A DNA stretch of 37,505 nt from a virus (taxonomy: Duplodnaviria > Caudoviricetes): the IMG/VR virus record IMGVR_UViG_3300044674_002913, positions 1 through 37,505 of that record; one strand, written 5' to 3'. Under the pieces are notes generated by a model, which saw only the letters and a list, made by a program, of their open reading frames with translations, ran no database searches and had not been told where the DNA came from. This document shows, in pieces, positions 8,427 to 18,462 of the stretch (position 1 is the stretch's first letter; every line of letters begins with the position of its first letter). Position numbers and translations under genes: made by a program.

Positions 8427-10000
8427 AAAACGTTGTTATTGTCGGGGGTGGATTTGCTGGCTGGTATACAGCCTTAGCTTTAAATCAAAATTTTCCTGAT
8501 TATAATATAACAGTAATTGACAGTAAAGATCATCCAAGATTAGGAGTTGGCGAGACATTAGGATGGAGCGCACCTTATGACTGGAAAAGACTACTACACC
8601 TAGGAGATGATCGTATTCTTATGTGGGAAACTGGTTCCATATATAAGTATGGAATATCAGCAACTAATTTCTATCAGGATAATACCAGTTATAGTTACGG
8701 AAAGTTTTTTAATCTCAAAGTAAAAAGTCTTGCGAGATTCTTTAGTGAATTTACCTATCCTGAATATTATGAGCCTTGGAGTGTGCGACCTGGTGATGCG
8801 GGATTGCAACAAATTTGGTTTAATCTAAATAATGCCACTGATAAGACATTTGATGATTATACTTATGAGTTGAATGAAGCAAGTTTTTTTACACGTTCCA
8901 ATAAAGCACCGTATACCCTAGAGAATGAATACGTATTGAGAACACAAGAAGGTTGGAGTTATCATATTGATGCTGAAACTTTTGTGCAATTTTTAAAATC
9001 TAAATGTAATAACGTAACACATAGGGAATCCACGATTACGGACGTAGTTAAACAGAATTCTAATATAGAATACATCGTAACCGACTTAGATGATCATATA
9101 CACGCCGATATGTTTATAGATTGCAGTGGATTTCAAAGAGTACTAGTGAAGCATATGCCAGAGATGGAATTAACTGACTGGCATCTCCCTACAACCAATA
9201 GTGCGTGGGTGTGTCCTACTCGGTACCAGGATCCGCAATCAGAGATGTGTGGCGGCACCCAAATATACGGCGAGGAATGGGGTTGGCGGTTTAAAGTAAA
9301 CTTATATCACAGGGCTGGAAATGGATGTGTATTCAATAGTACAGATACAGATCATGATATAGTACGACAGCATATGCAAACTCTCACACAAGGTAGACAG
9401 ATTACTGAACCTAAATTAATACAATGGAAACCTGCATATGTTAAAAAACCATGGGTAGGAAATGTATTAGCCTTGGGAATCGCTAGTTATTTTATAGATC
9501 CTTTTGATGCTCCTACGTTTGATGTGCATAGCCGCAATCTAGAAGATTTAATTAACGGCGTAGAGCGTGAAGAGTTTAATACTAAAGCTAATATAATAAC
9601 TCAAGAGAGAAACTATAGGTTGTTATATAACTTTAGCACTAGTAAGCGCAGTGGAGTATTTTGGGACCAACAGAGAGAATTGTTTACAACGGAAGCAGAG
9701 AACACGTTCATACAAATACTAGAGAATCAGGTGCCTGGCATAGATAGCCGACTTAGTCATAATTGGTATCAGATGTATTATAGAATGTGTAATGCTAGTG
9801 GGTTTGATCGCAGTAAAGTAAATATCGATATTGACATTAGTAAAGATGATCAGGATATGGCTCAAGCATTCTTTCAATATAATAAAGCTAGAAACAAATA
9901 CATAGAAACTCAACCGTGGCCTAATTATTATGAATGGCTAAAAGAAAATAGATTTAACGGAAAAACACACACTCAAGTATTAGAAAGAATAATGAAATGA
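8423..10000 (+). CDS. Tryptophan halogenase-like flavoprotein (PrnA family)
   Basis: GGGFAG FAD motif, LGVGET, YHIDA, ADMFIDCSGF, FIDP motifs. Confidence 0.85.
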   Translation: MKNVVIVGGGFAGWYTALALNQNFPDYNITVIDSKDHPRLGVGETLGWSAPYDWKRLLHLGDDRILMWETGSIYKYGISATNFYQDNTSYSYGKFFNLKVKSLARFFSEFTYPEYYEPWSVRPGDAGLQQIWFNLNNATDKTFDDYTYELNEASFFTRSNKAPYTLENEYVLRTQEGWSYHIDAETFVQFLKSKCNNVTHRESTITDVVKQNSNIEYIVTDLDDHIHADMFIDCSGFQRVLVKHMPEMELTDWHLPTTNSAWVCPTRYQDPQSEMCGGTQIYGEEWGWRFKVNLYHRAGNGCVFNSTDTDHDIVRQHMQTLTQGRQITEPKLIQWKPAYVKKPWVGNVLALGIASYFIDPFDAPTFDVHSRNLEDLINGVEREEFNTKANIITQERNYRLLYNFSTSKRSGVFWDQQRELFTTEAENTFIQILENQVPGIDSRLSHNWYQMYYRMCNASGFDRSKVNIDIDISKDDQDMAQAFFQYNKARNKYIETQPWPNYYEWLKENRFNGKTHTQVLERIMK

Positions 10001-10272
10001 AAGAACCTAAAACTAAAATAGTAACAATTGCAGTACATGTATTATTAGAAGAAGCGGATTTTGAAAACAAGTTACTTAGTCTAGGATGGTCGTTAGAACA
10101 TAATTTATCACGTAGTTGTGATCCTATTATATATGGCGTAAAAACAGATTGTCTTGCGATTGATGATTATACAGATAAGTTAAAAGAAAAACATGAATGG
10201 GCAGACAAAAAGCTAGAGGAACACGATATCATCAAAAGTGCCGTTTCAAATTCAAAACTTAAAGACGTATAA
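9997..10272 (+). CDS. Hypothetical protein
   Basis: ATGA overlap with the halogenase stop. Confidence 0.55.
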   Translation: MKEPKTKIVTIAVHVLLEEADFENKLLSLGWSLEHNLSRSCDPIIYGVKTDCLAIDDYTDKLKEKHEWADKKLEEHDIIKSAVSNSKLKDV

Positions 10273-10290
10273 ATACTGTAGGAGTTTAAT

Positions 10291-10650
10291 ATGGCATATC
10301 TACCCACAGGTGCACAGGCACGTGAACGAGCACAAAATAACAATGTAATAGCACAACAGATTGCTATAATGGAAGTAGCAGTTTTAGACGCTATTGCCAG
10401 TAATGCTCTTACGGCTAGTATTACTAATGCAAGCACAGTTACAATTCAGGGCACCACAATAACAGGTAGCCCAATGACTGACAATGATACAGATGGCCTA
10501 AACTACTACAAGGCCTGGCAGGGCACAATCACTGACGCAGTAAAAACAGAACAGATGGCTGAAGTAATTGCACACTTTGAAGGTAAGGGTTATACCATCG
10601 CTCGCAAGAGCAGTTCAGGAACATACTTCTACTGGTATATTACCTGGTAA
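10291..10650 (+). CDS. Probable virion protein
   Basis: TAAATA plus AGGAG SD; Thr/Ala-rich; aromatic C-terminus YWYITW. Confidence 0.55.
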   Translation: MAYLPTGAQARERAQNNNVIAQQIAIMEVAVLDAIASNALTASITNASTVTIQGTTITGSPMTDNDTDGLNYYKAWQGTITDAVKTEQMAEVIAHFEGKGYTIARKSSSGTYFYWYITW

Positions 10651-10658
10651 GGTAAACA

Positions 10659-11201
10659 ATGCTTAAAGCAGCAAAATTAGATTACAATCTTCAACAGTTT
10701 ATTGATGCAGATTATACTGTTCATAGTGGCAGTTGTATCAGTCATCAAGTACACGAACTCAAAGACATACATGAAAAATTTGGCGGTTTTCCGGACAGTT
10801 ATGACATGGGCAACACACTTATTAGACAGTTGTGGTGGACACGAGAGCAGTTGGACTTTGAAAAACTAGGTGCGCAACTTGGCATAGAAGTTGTCACAGT
10901 AAGTAGTATACTACAACCTCCAGGCAATATTATTCCTGTACACAGAGATACGTTCTTTCAAATAAAACATGCATTTCCAGATGACACTAGATCGAAAGTA
11001 AGGGCAAACATGTACTTGGAAGATTGGCATGTTGGGGAAATTATCCAATATGAAAAAGACAAAGAATGGCACAATAGCACACACTGGAAGGCTGGCGAAG
11101 GATGGATCTGGGATAGCAGTCATTTACATTTGAGTGCTAATGCAGGTATGACCAACAAGTATACACTTCAAGTCAGCGGCTTTTTAGTAAAAGATCAGTA
11201 A
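10659..11201 (+). CDS. Cupin/2OG-Fe(II) oxygenase-like protein (Asp/Asn beta-hydroxylase-like)
   Basis: QPPGNIIPVHRD (HxD) and distal HLSANAG. Confidence 0.75.
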   Translation: MLKAAKLDYNLQQFIDADYTVHSGSCISHQVHELKDIHEKFGGFPDSYDMGNTLIRQLWWTREQLDFEKLGAQLGIEVVTVSSILQPPGNIIPVHRDTFFQIKHAFPDDTRSKVRANMYLEDWHVGEIIQYEKDKEWHNSTHWKAGEGWIWDSSHLHLSANAGMTNKYTLQVSGFLVKDQ

Positions 11202-12090
11202 CAGCATCTACTCTACTTTTTACATCAATACTATAGAGAACATTTTGATTGTGTAACAATCTTTGTTTGCAGTGTGCATGTAGTTTGGGTAAATCCATTC
11301 TACTCACTTCTTCAATCAATGCACACACTGCACGAAGTCGTTGTGCAGTGTTGTTTATAGTATCGTAACTTTCATCCCACAAATCTCCAAAAGTTTCATA
11401 CCCTTGATCTTTAAGTAATCCTAAACTACCAACAGGGCCTGCAATTATAAACATTGTAAGATTACCAATAGCACAGTAGGTTTTTTCTGTAAGCATAAGT
11501 GGTGGCACTTGTGTTCTGTAGTGTTGAAAAGTTGTTTCTGTGCTTATAGTAATACAACTATCCTGCCATATATCAGACAAGTCTCTATTATGTGCACCTA
11601 CAACAGGATATGCATCGTAGGGTATTATGCTATCTATACTATGTGCATAGTCTATATCATGTTGTGTAAATCCTAGCGCACTATGAAACCAACTACCATC
11701 ACATGTGTTGTTTACATAACTCCAGTTACACTTATCTAGCACATTTGCTTTGTGCAATGCTGCGATTACACTGCGTCTATGCCCAACGTCTTTAAGTTGT
11801 GTGCAGTTAAATAATTTAGTCTTTGTATCATTCCAAGTTTTATCGGGCCATATACGACTGCTAATAATATCATGTATACTAAAGTAGTTGGGTAAATTGT
11901 AGTTGCCTGTAACATATAAAAAGTCTCTTTTTATGCTGCTAGTATCTTCCATAAATGCCTCTTCGGCGTGCCAAAGCAACAACGGCAAGTCGGGTCTATC
12001 AGGTATGTTAACAAAGTCTTCTTTATCAAAAACTGCATGGTAAATGTAATCACATTGAGGATAATATCCGAGGTAATCAAAAATATTCAT
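11173..12090 (-). CDS. Glycosyltransferase-like protein (GT-B C-terminal motif)
   Basis: ISTET, LTEKTY and GYETFGDLWDESYD motifs; start set at MNIFDY. Confidence 0.6.
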   Translation of the reverse strand: MNIFDYLGYYPQCDYIYHAVFDKEDFVNIPDRPDLPLLLWHAEEAFMEDTSSIKRDFLYVTGNYNLPNYFSIHDIISSRIWPDKTWNDTKTKLFNCTQLKDVGHRRSVIAALHKANVLDKCNWSYVNNTCDGSWFHSALGFTQHDIDYAHSIDSIIPYDAYPVVGAHNRDLSDIWQDSCITISTETTFQHYRTQVPPLMLTEKTYCAIGNLTMFIIAGPVGSLGLLKDQGYETFGDLWDESYDTINNTAQRLRAVCALIEEVSRMDLPKLHAHCKQRLLHNQNVLYSIDVKSRVDAVTDLLLKSR

Positions 12091-12120
12091 AAACTTTGAT
12101 TTACTTTCGGAATAAATTAC

Positions 12121-12149
12121 TTGATATTTGTTTGACTGCATGCTATACT
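12121..12149 (+). promoter_or_regulatory. Sigma70-type promoter with extended -10
   Basis: TTGATA-17 bp-TATACT preceded by TG. Confidence 0.65.
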
Positions 12150-12155
12150 TATCGT

Positions 12156-12833
12156 ATGATAACAGAACAATACAAGTACACTGCTCTATCCCGCAGAGAG
12201 ATAGACGGTAAACGGTTGTACTCTACGCCAGACGGCCTAGCAGTACCAAGTGTCACAACAATACTAGATAAAACTAAACCAGAAGAAGCCAAAGCCGCAT
12301 TGCGTAATTGGCGCAAACGTGTGGGCAATCAACAGGCAAATGCAATATCTAAAGAAGCAGCAGGCCGCGGCACTCGCATGCACAAGTGGTTAGAAGACTA
12401 TTGCCTGACAGGCGAGTTGGGCTCGCCTGGGTCAAATCCATATAGTCAGCAAAGTCATAATATGGCTGATGTTATTGTTAAGCAAGGATTAGACAAAATG
12501 GATGAGTGCTGGGGGGTAGAGGTTCCCATGTATTTCCCCCAGGTATATGCCGGAACAACAGACTGTGTGGGTTTGTATAATGGAAAGCCAGCAATCATTG
12601 ACTTTAAACAGACAAACAAGCCTAAAAAGACTGAATGGGTACAGGATTACTTTTGTCAGTTATGCGCATATGCAGAAGCACACAACGAAGTATATGGGAC
12701 AAACATAGAACAGGGTGTTATCCTAATGTGTTCAAAAGACTTTGAATTCCAAACCTGGGTCATAGAAGGTGACGAATACCAAAAGAATAAACGCATATGG
12801 TGGGATAGAGTTGGGCAATACTACGGCGCCTAA
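12156..12833 (+). CDS. PD-(D/E)XK exonuclease (Cas4/lambda-exo-like)
   Basis: PSVTTIL, RGTRMH, YAGTTD, IIDFKQ and QLCAYA motifs. Confidence 0.85.
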   Translation: MITEQYKYTALSRREIDGKRLYSTPDGLAVPSVTTILDKTKPEEAKAALRNWRKRVGNQQANAISKEAAGRGTRMHKWLEDYCLTGELGSPGSNPYSQQSHNMADVIVKQGLDKMDECWGVEVPMYFPQVYAGTTDCVGLYNGKPAIIDFKQTNKPKKTEWVQDYFCQLCAYAEAHNEVYGTNIEQGVILMCSKDFEFQTWVIEGDEYQKNKRIWWDRVGQYYGA

Positions 12834-12867
12834 ACTAATAAATACTATATAATTAGGAGTTACCAGT

Positions 12868-14448
12868 ATGGCCGTGGTGCAAATTTCAAGAATTCAGCAT
12901 AGAAGTGGGACAAGTGATAATTTACCTCAACTAGCAAGAGGCGAGATTGGGCTTGCCGTGGATACACGTAGGGTGTATATTGGTAATGGTGGCTCAGATG
13001 CACCAACTACAGAAAACTTAGAGATCCTTACTAACCGTAGTAACATTCTAGAAATAAGTGAAACATACACGTATAAAGATGCACAGATCGGGTTTAATGC
13101 ACAGACAGGCCTTAATGCTGCCAGTCCAATAATTCGCACATTACAAGAAAAGATTGATGATGTTGCAAGTGTAAGAGATTTCGGTGCCATAGGCGACGGT
13201 GAAACAGACGATACAGCAGCCATTAACAGAGCACTTTATGAATTGTTTGCACGTGAACAAATTATTCGTGTACGCAGAATGCTTTACTTCCCTGCAGGCA
13301 AATATGTTGTCAGCGGACTTTTAAAGATTCCTAGTTTTGCATACCTAAAAGGTGAAGGCCCAGACAGTACAATTATATATGGTAATGATGTAACTGAAAA
13401 TGCTGTAGCGCAGTTTGCTGATAGCAAGCAACAGGTAGATGCTAGTGTTGGCAGTGGCACTGGATTACCGCCACAGTTTATTGTTATTGATGGCATGACT
13501 ATTGAAGCAGGAGTTGATATCCCAGTACTTCATATAGACCAGGCAGAAAGTTGTTATATAAACAACTGTAAAATTATTGGTAACAGCACAAGCGCACCAA
13601 CGGCTGTGGGTAATTCTAATCCAGCAGTAAAGATTACAAGTACAGCAAGTTATACTACCAAACACATTAATTTTAAAAACTGTACAATAGGTAAACATAG
13701 TTTTGGTGTAAATTTAGATCATGATATGAACAGTGTCCACTTTGATGGTTGCAACTTTGAGCATGCATTCAAAGCTATAAAAATTGGTGAGAATGTAACA
13801 GGTGGCGCACCAGCAATAACTGGGCCAAAAAGTGTTAAGATAACGAGTAGCATGTTCAACGATATTTATAAACAAGGTATACATGCTTATAATGGTGACA
13901 ATATTGTTAGTGCCTATAATCTCTACATTGATGTCGCAAATAATTCGCTGGGTAATGGTAATGCCGCTACCCATGTAATAGACTTTGCAGACGGGGTAGG
14001 TAGTTTCAGTATTGGGGATAGTTTTGATAGACCAGATGCAGATGTTACCACTTCAACAAAGCGTACTAGTTTAAATAATACTAATATAGCATTAGGACAA
14101 AGTTTAGAAATTGGTAGTTATAGTAGGGCCTATAACAGCAACGTAAGTCTGTCTAACAATGTAGGGGCCACAAGTACTGGTATTAGTTTTGATGATAATA
14201 GTGGTATGGATTATGCGGTTGAAATCGATTATTTAATTAGTAGAAATAGTAAGTTCCGCCAGGGAACACTACGTATTGTCCAAGATGGCACCGCACAAGT
14301 GCTAGATGATGACTTTACAGAAAATAATGGTGACGTTGGTGTGACTTTTGATTTAAACAATAACTCAGGATTAACAACTCTTCGTTATGCTACTGATAAT
14401 CAAACAACAGGCACAGTATACCTTACCGTAAGAAAAATCGGCACATAA
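12868..14448 (+). CDS. Tail fibre/baseplate protein with Mtd-like N-terminus and pectate-lyase-type beta-helix
   Basis: LARGEIGLAVDTRRVYIGNG; SVRDFGAIGDGETDDTAAINRA; LYFPAGKY. Confidence 0.8.
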   Translation: MAVVQISRIQHRSGTSDNLPQLARGEIGLAVDTRRVYIGNGGSDAPTTENLEILTNRSNILEISETYTYKDAQIGFNAQTGLNAASPIIRTLQEKIDDVASVRDFGAIGDGETDDTAAINRALYELFAREQIIRVRRMLYFPAGKYVVSGLLKIPSFAYLKGEGPDSTIIYGNDVTENAVAQFADSKQQVDASVGSGTGLPPQFIVIDGMTIEAGVDIPVLHIDQAESCYINNCKIIGNSTSAPTAVGNSNPAVKITSTASYTTKHINFKNCTIGKHSFGVNLDHDMNSVHFDGCNFEHAFKAIKIGENVTGGAPAITGPKSVKITSSMFNDIYKQGIHAYNGDNIVSAYNLYIDVANNSLGNGNAATHVIDFADGVGSFSIGDSFDRPDADVTTSTKRTSLNNTNIALGQSLEIGSYSRAYNSNVSLSNNVGATSTGISFDDNSGMDYAVEIDYLISRNSKFRQGTLRIVQDGTAQVLDDDFTENNGDVGVTFDLNNNSGLTTLRYATDNQTTGTVYLTVRKIGT

Positions 14449-14459
14449 TATAACATAAC

Positions 14460-14918
14460 ATGTGGGATACGTCCATTCAAGACAGGCTTTCTATATGGTT
14501 TTCATTTAGAAGACGCCTCAACCGTTTGCCATTTGAGCAAGCAGTACAGGAAGTTAATGCTTTTTGGCAGCGAGCACCAATTAGTAATCAGTATTATTGT
14601 TGTGATATGATTAACGACTGGCCTGATCCCTGGCAATTATTAGTAGATAATACCTACGATAATATTGCAAGGGGGCTAGGAATGTTGTATACTATTACTT
14701 TAACAAAGCATAACCCTGATGTAGAGTTCCTGTGTATTCGTAGCAAGGAAAAAAGTTGCGAAGAAGCATTAGTATGGATTAACCAGGGTAAATATGTGCT
14801 TAATTGGGATTTAGATATAAGTGTAAATACCACACTGCAACTAGACACATATAATATTATAAACAGAATAAACGCACAGGATCTAATAAACAATGGAAAT
14901 TCAAGTACAAAAGCGTGA
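14460..14918 (+). CDS. Phage hypothetical protein
   Basis: 152-aa Trp-rich ORF between the tail gene and nrdA. Confidence 0.65.
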   Translation: MWDTSIQDRLSIWFSFRRRLNRLPFEQAVQEVNAFWQRAPISNQYYCCDMINDWPDPWQLLVDNTYDNIARGLGMLYTITLTKHNPDVEFLCIRSKEKSCEEALVWINQGKYVLNWDLDISVNTTLQLDTYNIINRINAQDLINNGNSSTKA

Positions 14919-17181
14919 TGGAAAAAAAGAAAACCTTGATCTCGAAAAATTACACAAAGTAGTATTTTATGCTTGCGATAATATCACTGGAGTAAGCGCA
15001 AGCGAAGTAGAAATAAGAAGTCATTTACAGTTTAGTGATGGTATTAAAACAAGTGATATACAAGAAACATTAATCAAAGCCGCCGCTGACCTAATTAGCG
15101 AGGAAACACCTGGTTATCAGTATGTAGCAGGCAGATTAATTAACTATCATCTGCGTAAGATTGTGTACGGAGAGTTCGAACCCTGGCACATTTATCGACT
15201 TATTCAACGTAATGTTGAAAGTGGATTTTACGATCCTGCACTTGTTAAAGACTATACAGAAGCAGAGTGGAACGAACTCAACGATTACATTAAACACGAT
15301 AGAGACGAAACACTGACATACGCTGGAATGGAACAGTGGCGTGGAAAGTATCTTGTCAAGAACCGTGTAACTAGCGAGGTATTTGAAACACCACAAATGG
15401 CATACATGTGTATTGCTGCTACGTTGTTTGGAGACTACCCTAGTGATACAAGACTTCAATGGGTAAAGGATTATTACGATGCTATTAGTACATATGTTAT
15501 TAGTTTGCCTACCCCTGTTATGGCTGGTGTACGAACTCCGCAGAGACAGTTTTCATCATGCGTCCTTATTGAGACAGACGACAGTTTGGATAGTATCAAT
15601 GCTACTGCTAGCAGTATTGTTAAGTATGTTAGTCAAAAGGCTGGTATAGGAATCGGTGCTGGTAGTATCCGTGCTATTGGTTCACCTATACGACACGGCG
15701 ATGCATATCATACTGGCGTTATTCCTTTTTATAAACTGTTTCAGAGTGCTACACGTAGTTGTAGTCAGGGTGGTGTGCGTAATGGTGCTGCTACACTGTA
15801 CTATCCTATCTGGCATTTAGAAGTAGAGGACCTGTTGGTACTCAAAAACAACAAAGGCACCGAAGACAACCGTGTAAGGCACATGGACTATGGAGTGCAG
15901 TTTAATAAACTAATGTATGAAAGGCTTATCAGTGGAGGCAACATAACACTATTCTCACCCAGTGATGTCCCAGGATTATATGAAGCCTTTTTCGCAGACC
16001 AGGATAAGTTTCAAGAGCTTTACGAAACAGCGGAACGCAATACCAGACTCAGAAAAAAGACTGTGAGAGCTAGTGACTTATTCTCAGCGTTCATGGAGGA
16101 ACGCAAAAATACTGGACGCATTTATTTAATGAATGTGGATCATGCAAACGATCACAGTAGTTTCAAAGCAGACGTTGCTCCTATCAAACAGAGCAACCTC
16201 TGTTGCGAAATCGATTTGCCCACAAAGCCACTCAATGACTTTAATGACGAAGAGGGCGAGATTGCACTCTGCACACTCAGCGCAATCAACTGGGGACTTA
16301 TACGTGATCCCAAGGATTTTGAGAAGCCCTGCACACTAGCAGTGCGTGGACTGGATGCACTGTTAACCTATCAAAACTATCCTGTAAAGGCAGCAGAACG
16401 TGCTACTATGTTGCGCCGCCCACTGGGCATCGGTATTATCAATTTAGCATACTGGCTAGCACGTAATGATACAAACTACACTAATCCTAATCTTGAACTA
16501 GTAGACGAGTACGCAGAAGCATGGAGTTATTATCTTATCAAAGCCAGTGCAGATCTTGCGGAAGAACAGGGTGCATGCCCTGGCATATGTGAAACAAAGT
16601 ATGGAGACGGTGTCACACCAAATCAAACATACAAAACAGACGTAGATGAGTTAGTTAAACATAAAGAACGTCAGGATTGGCGGAATCTACGCAAACAACT
16701 TGCAAAAACAGGTATACGCAATAGCACCCTTATGGCACTCATGCCAGCAGAGACCAGCGCACAAATTAGTAATAGCACAAATGGTATTGAACCTCCCCGT
16801 GCATACGTTAGCGTAAAACAAAGTAAAGATGGTGTGCTTAAACAGGTTGTACCTGGTTATCCTCGCTTAAAGAATAAATATGAGTTACTGTGGGATCAAG
16901 AGTCACCTGAAGGTTACTTAAAGATTATGGCTGTATTGCAAAAGTATATCGATCAGGGCATTAGTGCAAACACCAGTTATAATCCGCAACATTTTGAAGA
17001 CGAAAAGATTCCAATGAGTGCAATGCTCAAGCATCTTATTATGTGTTATAAGTACGGCCTCAAACAACTATATTACTTTAACACATACGATGGTGCAGGC
17101 GACGAAGGCGAAAAAGAACAAATAATACTGGAGTTACCAGCTCAAGTAGAAGAAGAAGATTGCGAAAGTTGCATGATTTAG
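14893..17181 (+). CDS. nrdA: Ribonucleoside-diphosphate reductase class Ia alpha subunit
   Basis: N-terminal ATP cone (VQKRDG), FSSCVL, SNLCCEI, MPAETS, C-terminal CESC. Confidence 0.97.
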   Translation: MEIQVQKRDGKKENLDLEKLHKVVFYACDNITGVSASEVEIRSHLQFSDGIKTSDIQETLIKAAADLISEETPGYQYVAGRLINYHLRKIVYGEFEPWHIYRLIQRNVESGFYDPALVKDYTEAEWNELNDYIKHDRDETLTYAGMEQWRGKYLVKNRVTSEVFETPQMAYMCIAATLFGDYPSDTRLQWVKDYYDAISTYVISLPTPVMAGVRTPQRQFSSCVLIETDDSLDSINATASSIVKYVSQKAGIGIGAGSIRAIGSPIRHGDAYHTGVIPFYKLFQSATRSCSQGGVRNGAATLYYPIWHLEVEDLLVLKNNKGTEDNRVRHMDYGVQFNKLMYERLISGGNITLFSPSDVPGLYEAFFADQDKFQELYETAERNTRLRKKTVRASDLFSAFMEERKNTGRIYLMNVDHANDHSSFKADVAPIKQSNLCCEIDLPTKPLNDFNDEEGEIALCTLSAINWGLIRDPKDFEKPCTLAVRGLDALLTYQNYPVKAAERATMLRRPLGIGIINLAYWLARNDTNYTNPNLELVDEYAEAWSYYLIKASADLAEEQGACPGICETKYGDGVTPNQTYKTDVDELVKHKERQDWRNLRKQLAKTGIRNSTLMALMPAETSAQISNSTNGIEPPRAYVSVKQSKDGVLKQVVPGYPRLKNKYELLWDQESPEGYLKIMAVLQKYIDQGISANTSYNPQHFEDEKIPMSAMLKHLIMCYKYGLKQLYYFNTYDGAGDEGEKEQIILELPAQVEEEDCESCMI

Positions 17182-17189
17182 GATAAAAA

Positions 17190-18362
17190 ATGGCAGTACT
17201 AGACACAGAAAACAGAGATCATAAAAATAGAAAAAGTTTCTTTGATGGAGACGTAGGCATTCAGCGTTACGACGATGTCAAGTACCGTGCGTTTGACAAG
17301 CTCACTGACAAACAACTGGGTTTCTTTTGGCGTCCAGAAGAAGTAGATATTCTGCGTGATGCAAAAGACTTCAAAGAACTTACAGACCACGAACGGCATA
17401 TTTTTACCAGCAATCTTAAACGTCAGATACTTTTAGACAGTGTACAAGGACGTTCACCTAATCTGGCATTTCTGCCACTAGTTAGTCTACCAGAATTAGA
17501 AACTTGGATTGAAACCTGGGCATTTAGTGAAACAATACACAGTCGCAGTTACACACATATCATCCGGAATATCTATGCAGATCCTAGTAAGATATTTGAT
17601 GAAATGTTAGACATCAAGGAGATTGTTGATTGTGCAGACGACATTACCAAGCACTATGATGATCTAGTGCGTATGGCAGGTTGGTATAATCTATTGGGTG
17701 TGGGTAAGCATCTGGTCGTTAGCGGCAACGAACACGATACTGCAAAAGTAAATGGCAACTTCAGTAATGTTGCTACAGAAGTAAACGTGGATCTATATGA
17801 GCTTAAGAAGAAGTTATGGCTTACACTCATGAGTGTTAACATTCTAGAAGGTGTTCGGTTTTATGTAAGTTTTGCTTGTAGTTGGGCATTTGCAGAACTA
17901 AAAAAGATGGAAGGCAATGCTAAAATTATCAAGTTTATTGCCAGAGATGAAAACGTACACCTGGGTAGTACACAACAACTTATAAAATTACTGCCCAAAG
18001 AGGATAAAGACTTTGCTAAGATTGCAACAGAAACACTAGACGAATGCACACAGATGTTTGTTAGTGCAGTAGAGCAAGAAAAACGTTGGGCAGAGTTCTT
18101 GTTTGCAGACGGTAGTATGATTGGATTAAATGCTGAACTACTTAGCCAGTATATTGAATGGATCGCAAACAAACGTATGATTGCAATTGGTATAAAGAGC
18201 CCGTTTAGTGTATCACAAGCAAGCCCACTTCCTTGGGCACAAAAATGGATAAGTGGTGGAGAAGTCCAAGTCGCTCCCCAGGAAACCGAAATAAGTAGTT
18301 ATATTATCGGCGGTACAAAACAAGATGTTGAGGAAAATACTTTTGATGGCCTTAGTTTGTAG
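17190..18362 (+). CDS. nrdB: Ribonucleoside-diphosphate reductase class Ia beta subunit
   Basis: FFWRPEEV, ETIHSRSY, LEGVRFYVSF, RDENVH, VAPQETEISSY. Confidence 0.97.
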   Translation: MAVLDTENRDHKNRKSFFDGDVGIQRYDDVKYRAFDKLTDKQLGFFWRPEEVDILRDAKDFKELTDHERHIFTSNLKRQILLDSVQGRSPNLAFLPLVSLPELETWIETWAFSETIHSRSYTHIIRNIYADPSKIFDEMLDIKEIVDCADDITKHYDDLVRMAGWYNLLGVGKHLVVSGNEHDTAKVNGNFSNVATEVNVDLYELKKKLWLTLMSVNILEGVRFYVSFACSWAFAELKKMEGNAKIIKFIARDENVHLGSTQQLIKLLPKEDKDFAKIATETLDECTQMFVSAVEQEKRWAEFLFADGSMIGLNAELLSQYIEWIANKRMIAIGIKSPFSVSQASPLPWAQKWISGGEVQVAPQETEISSYIIGGTKQDVEENTFDGLSL

Positions 18363-18374
18363 TGGATTATCGGC

Positions 18375-18403
18375 TTGCAATTTTAACTATAATAATGTAC
18401 AAT
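18375..18403 (+). promoter_or_regulatory. Sigma70-type promoter
   Basis: TTGCAA-17 bp-TACAAT. Confidence 0.6.
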
Positions 18404-18423
18404 TAAAAAAGTGTGAAGGTGAT

Positions 18424-18462
18424 ATGTTAAAGGGTGCCCCAACTTATGTTTTTAGATTTTAA
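18424..18462 (+). CDS. Putative 12-aa leader peptide MLKGAPTYVFRF
   Basis: AAGGTGAT SD-like sequence close to the ATG; its stop overlaps the next start (TAATG). Confidence 0.35.
   Translation: MLKGAPTYVFRF

Noticed and set aside
12156-12833. CRISPR-Cas system suggested by the Cas4-like nuclease
   Set aside because: No repeat-spacer array or other cas genes seen; such nucleases are common stand-alone phage genes
14893-18362. Intein or intron in nrdA/nrdB
   Set aside because: Both ORFs are continuous and of normal length; nrdB has only a short loop insertion
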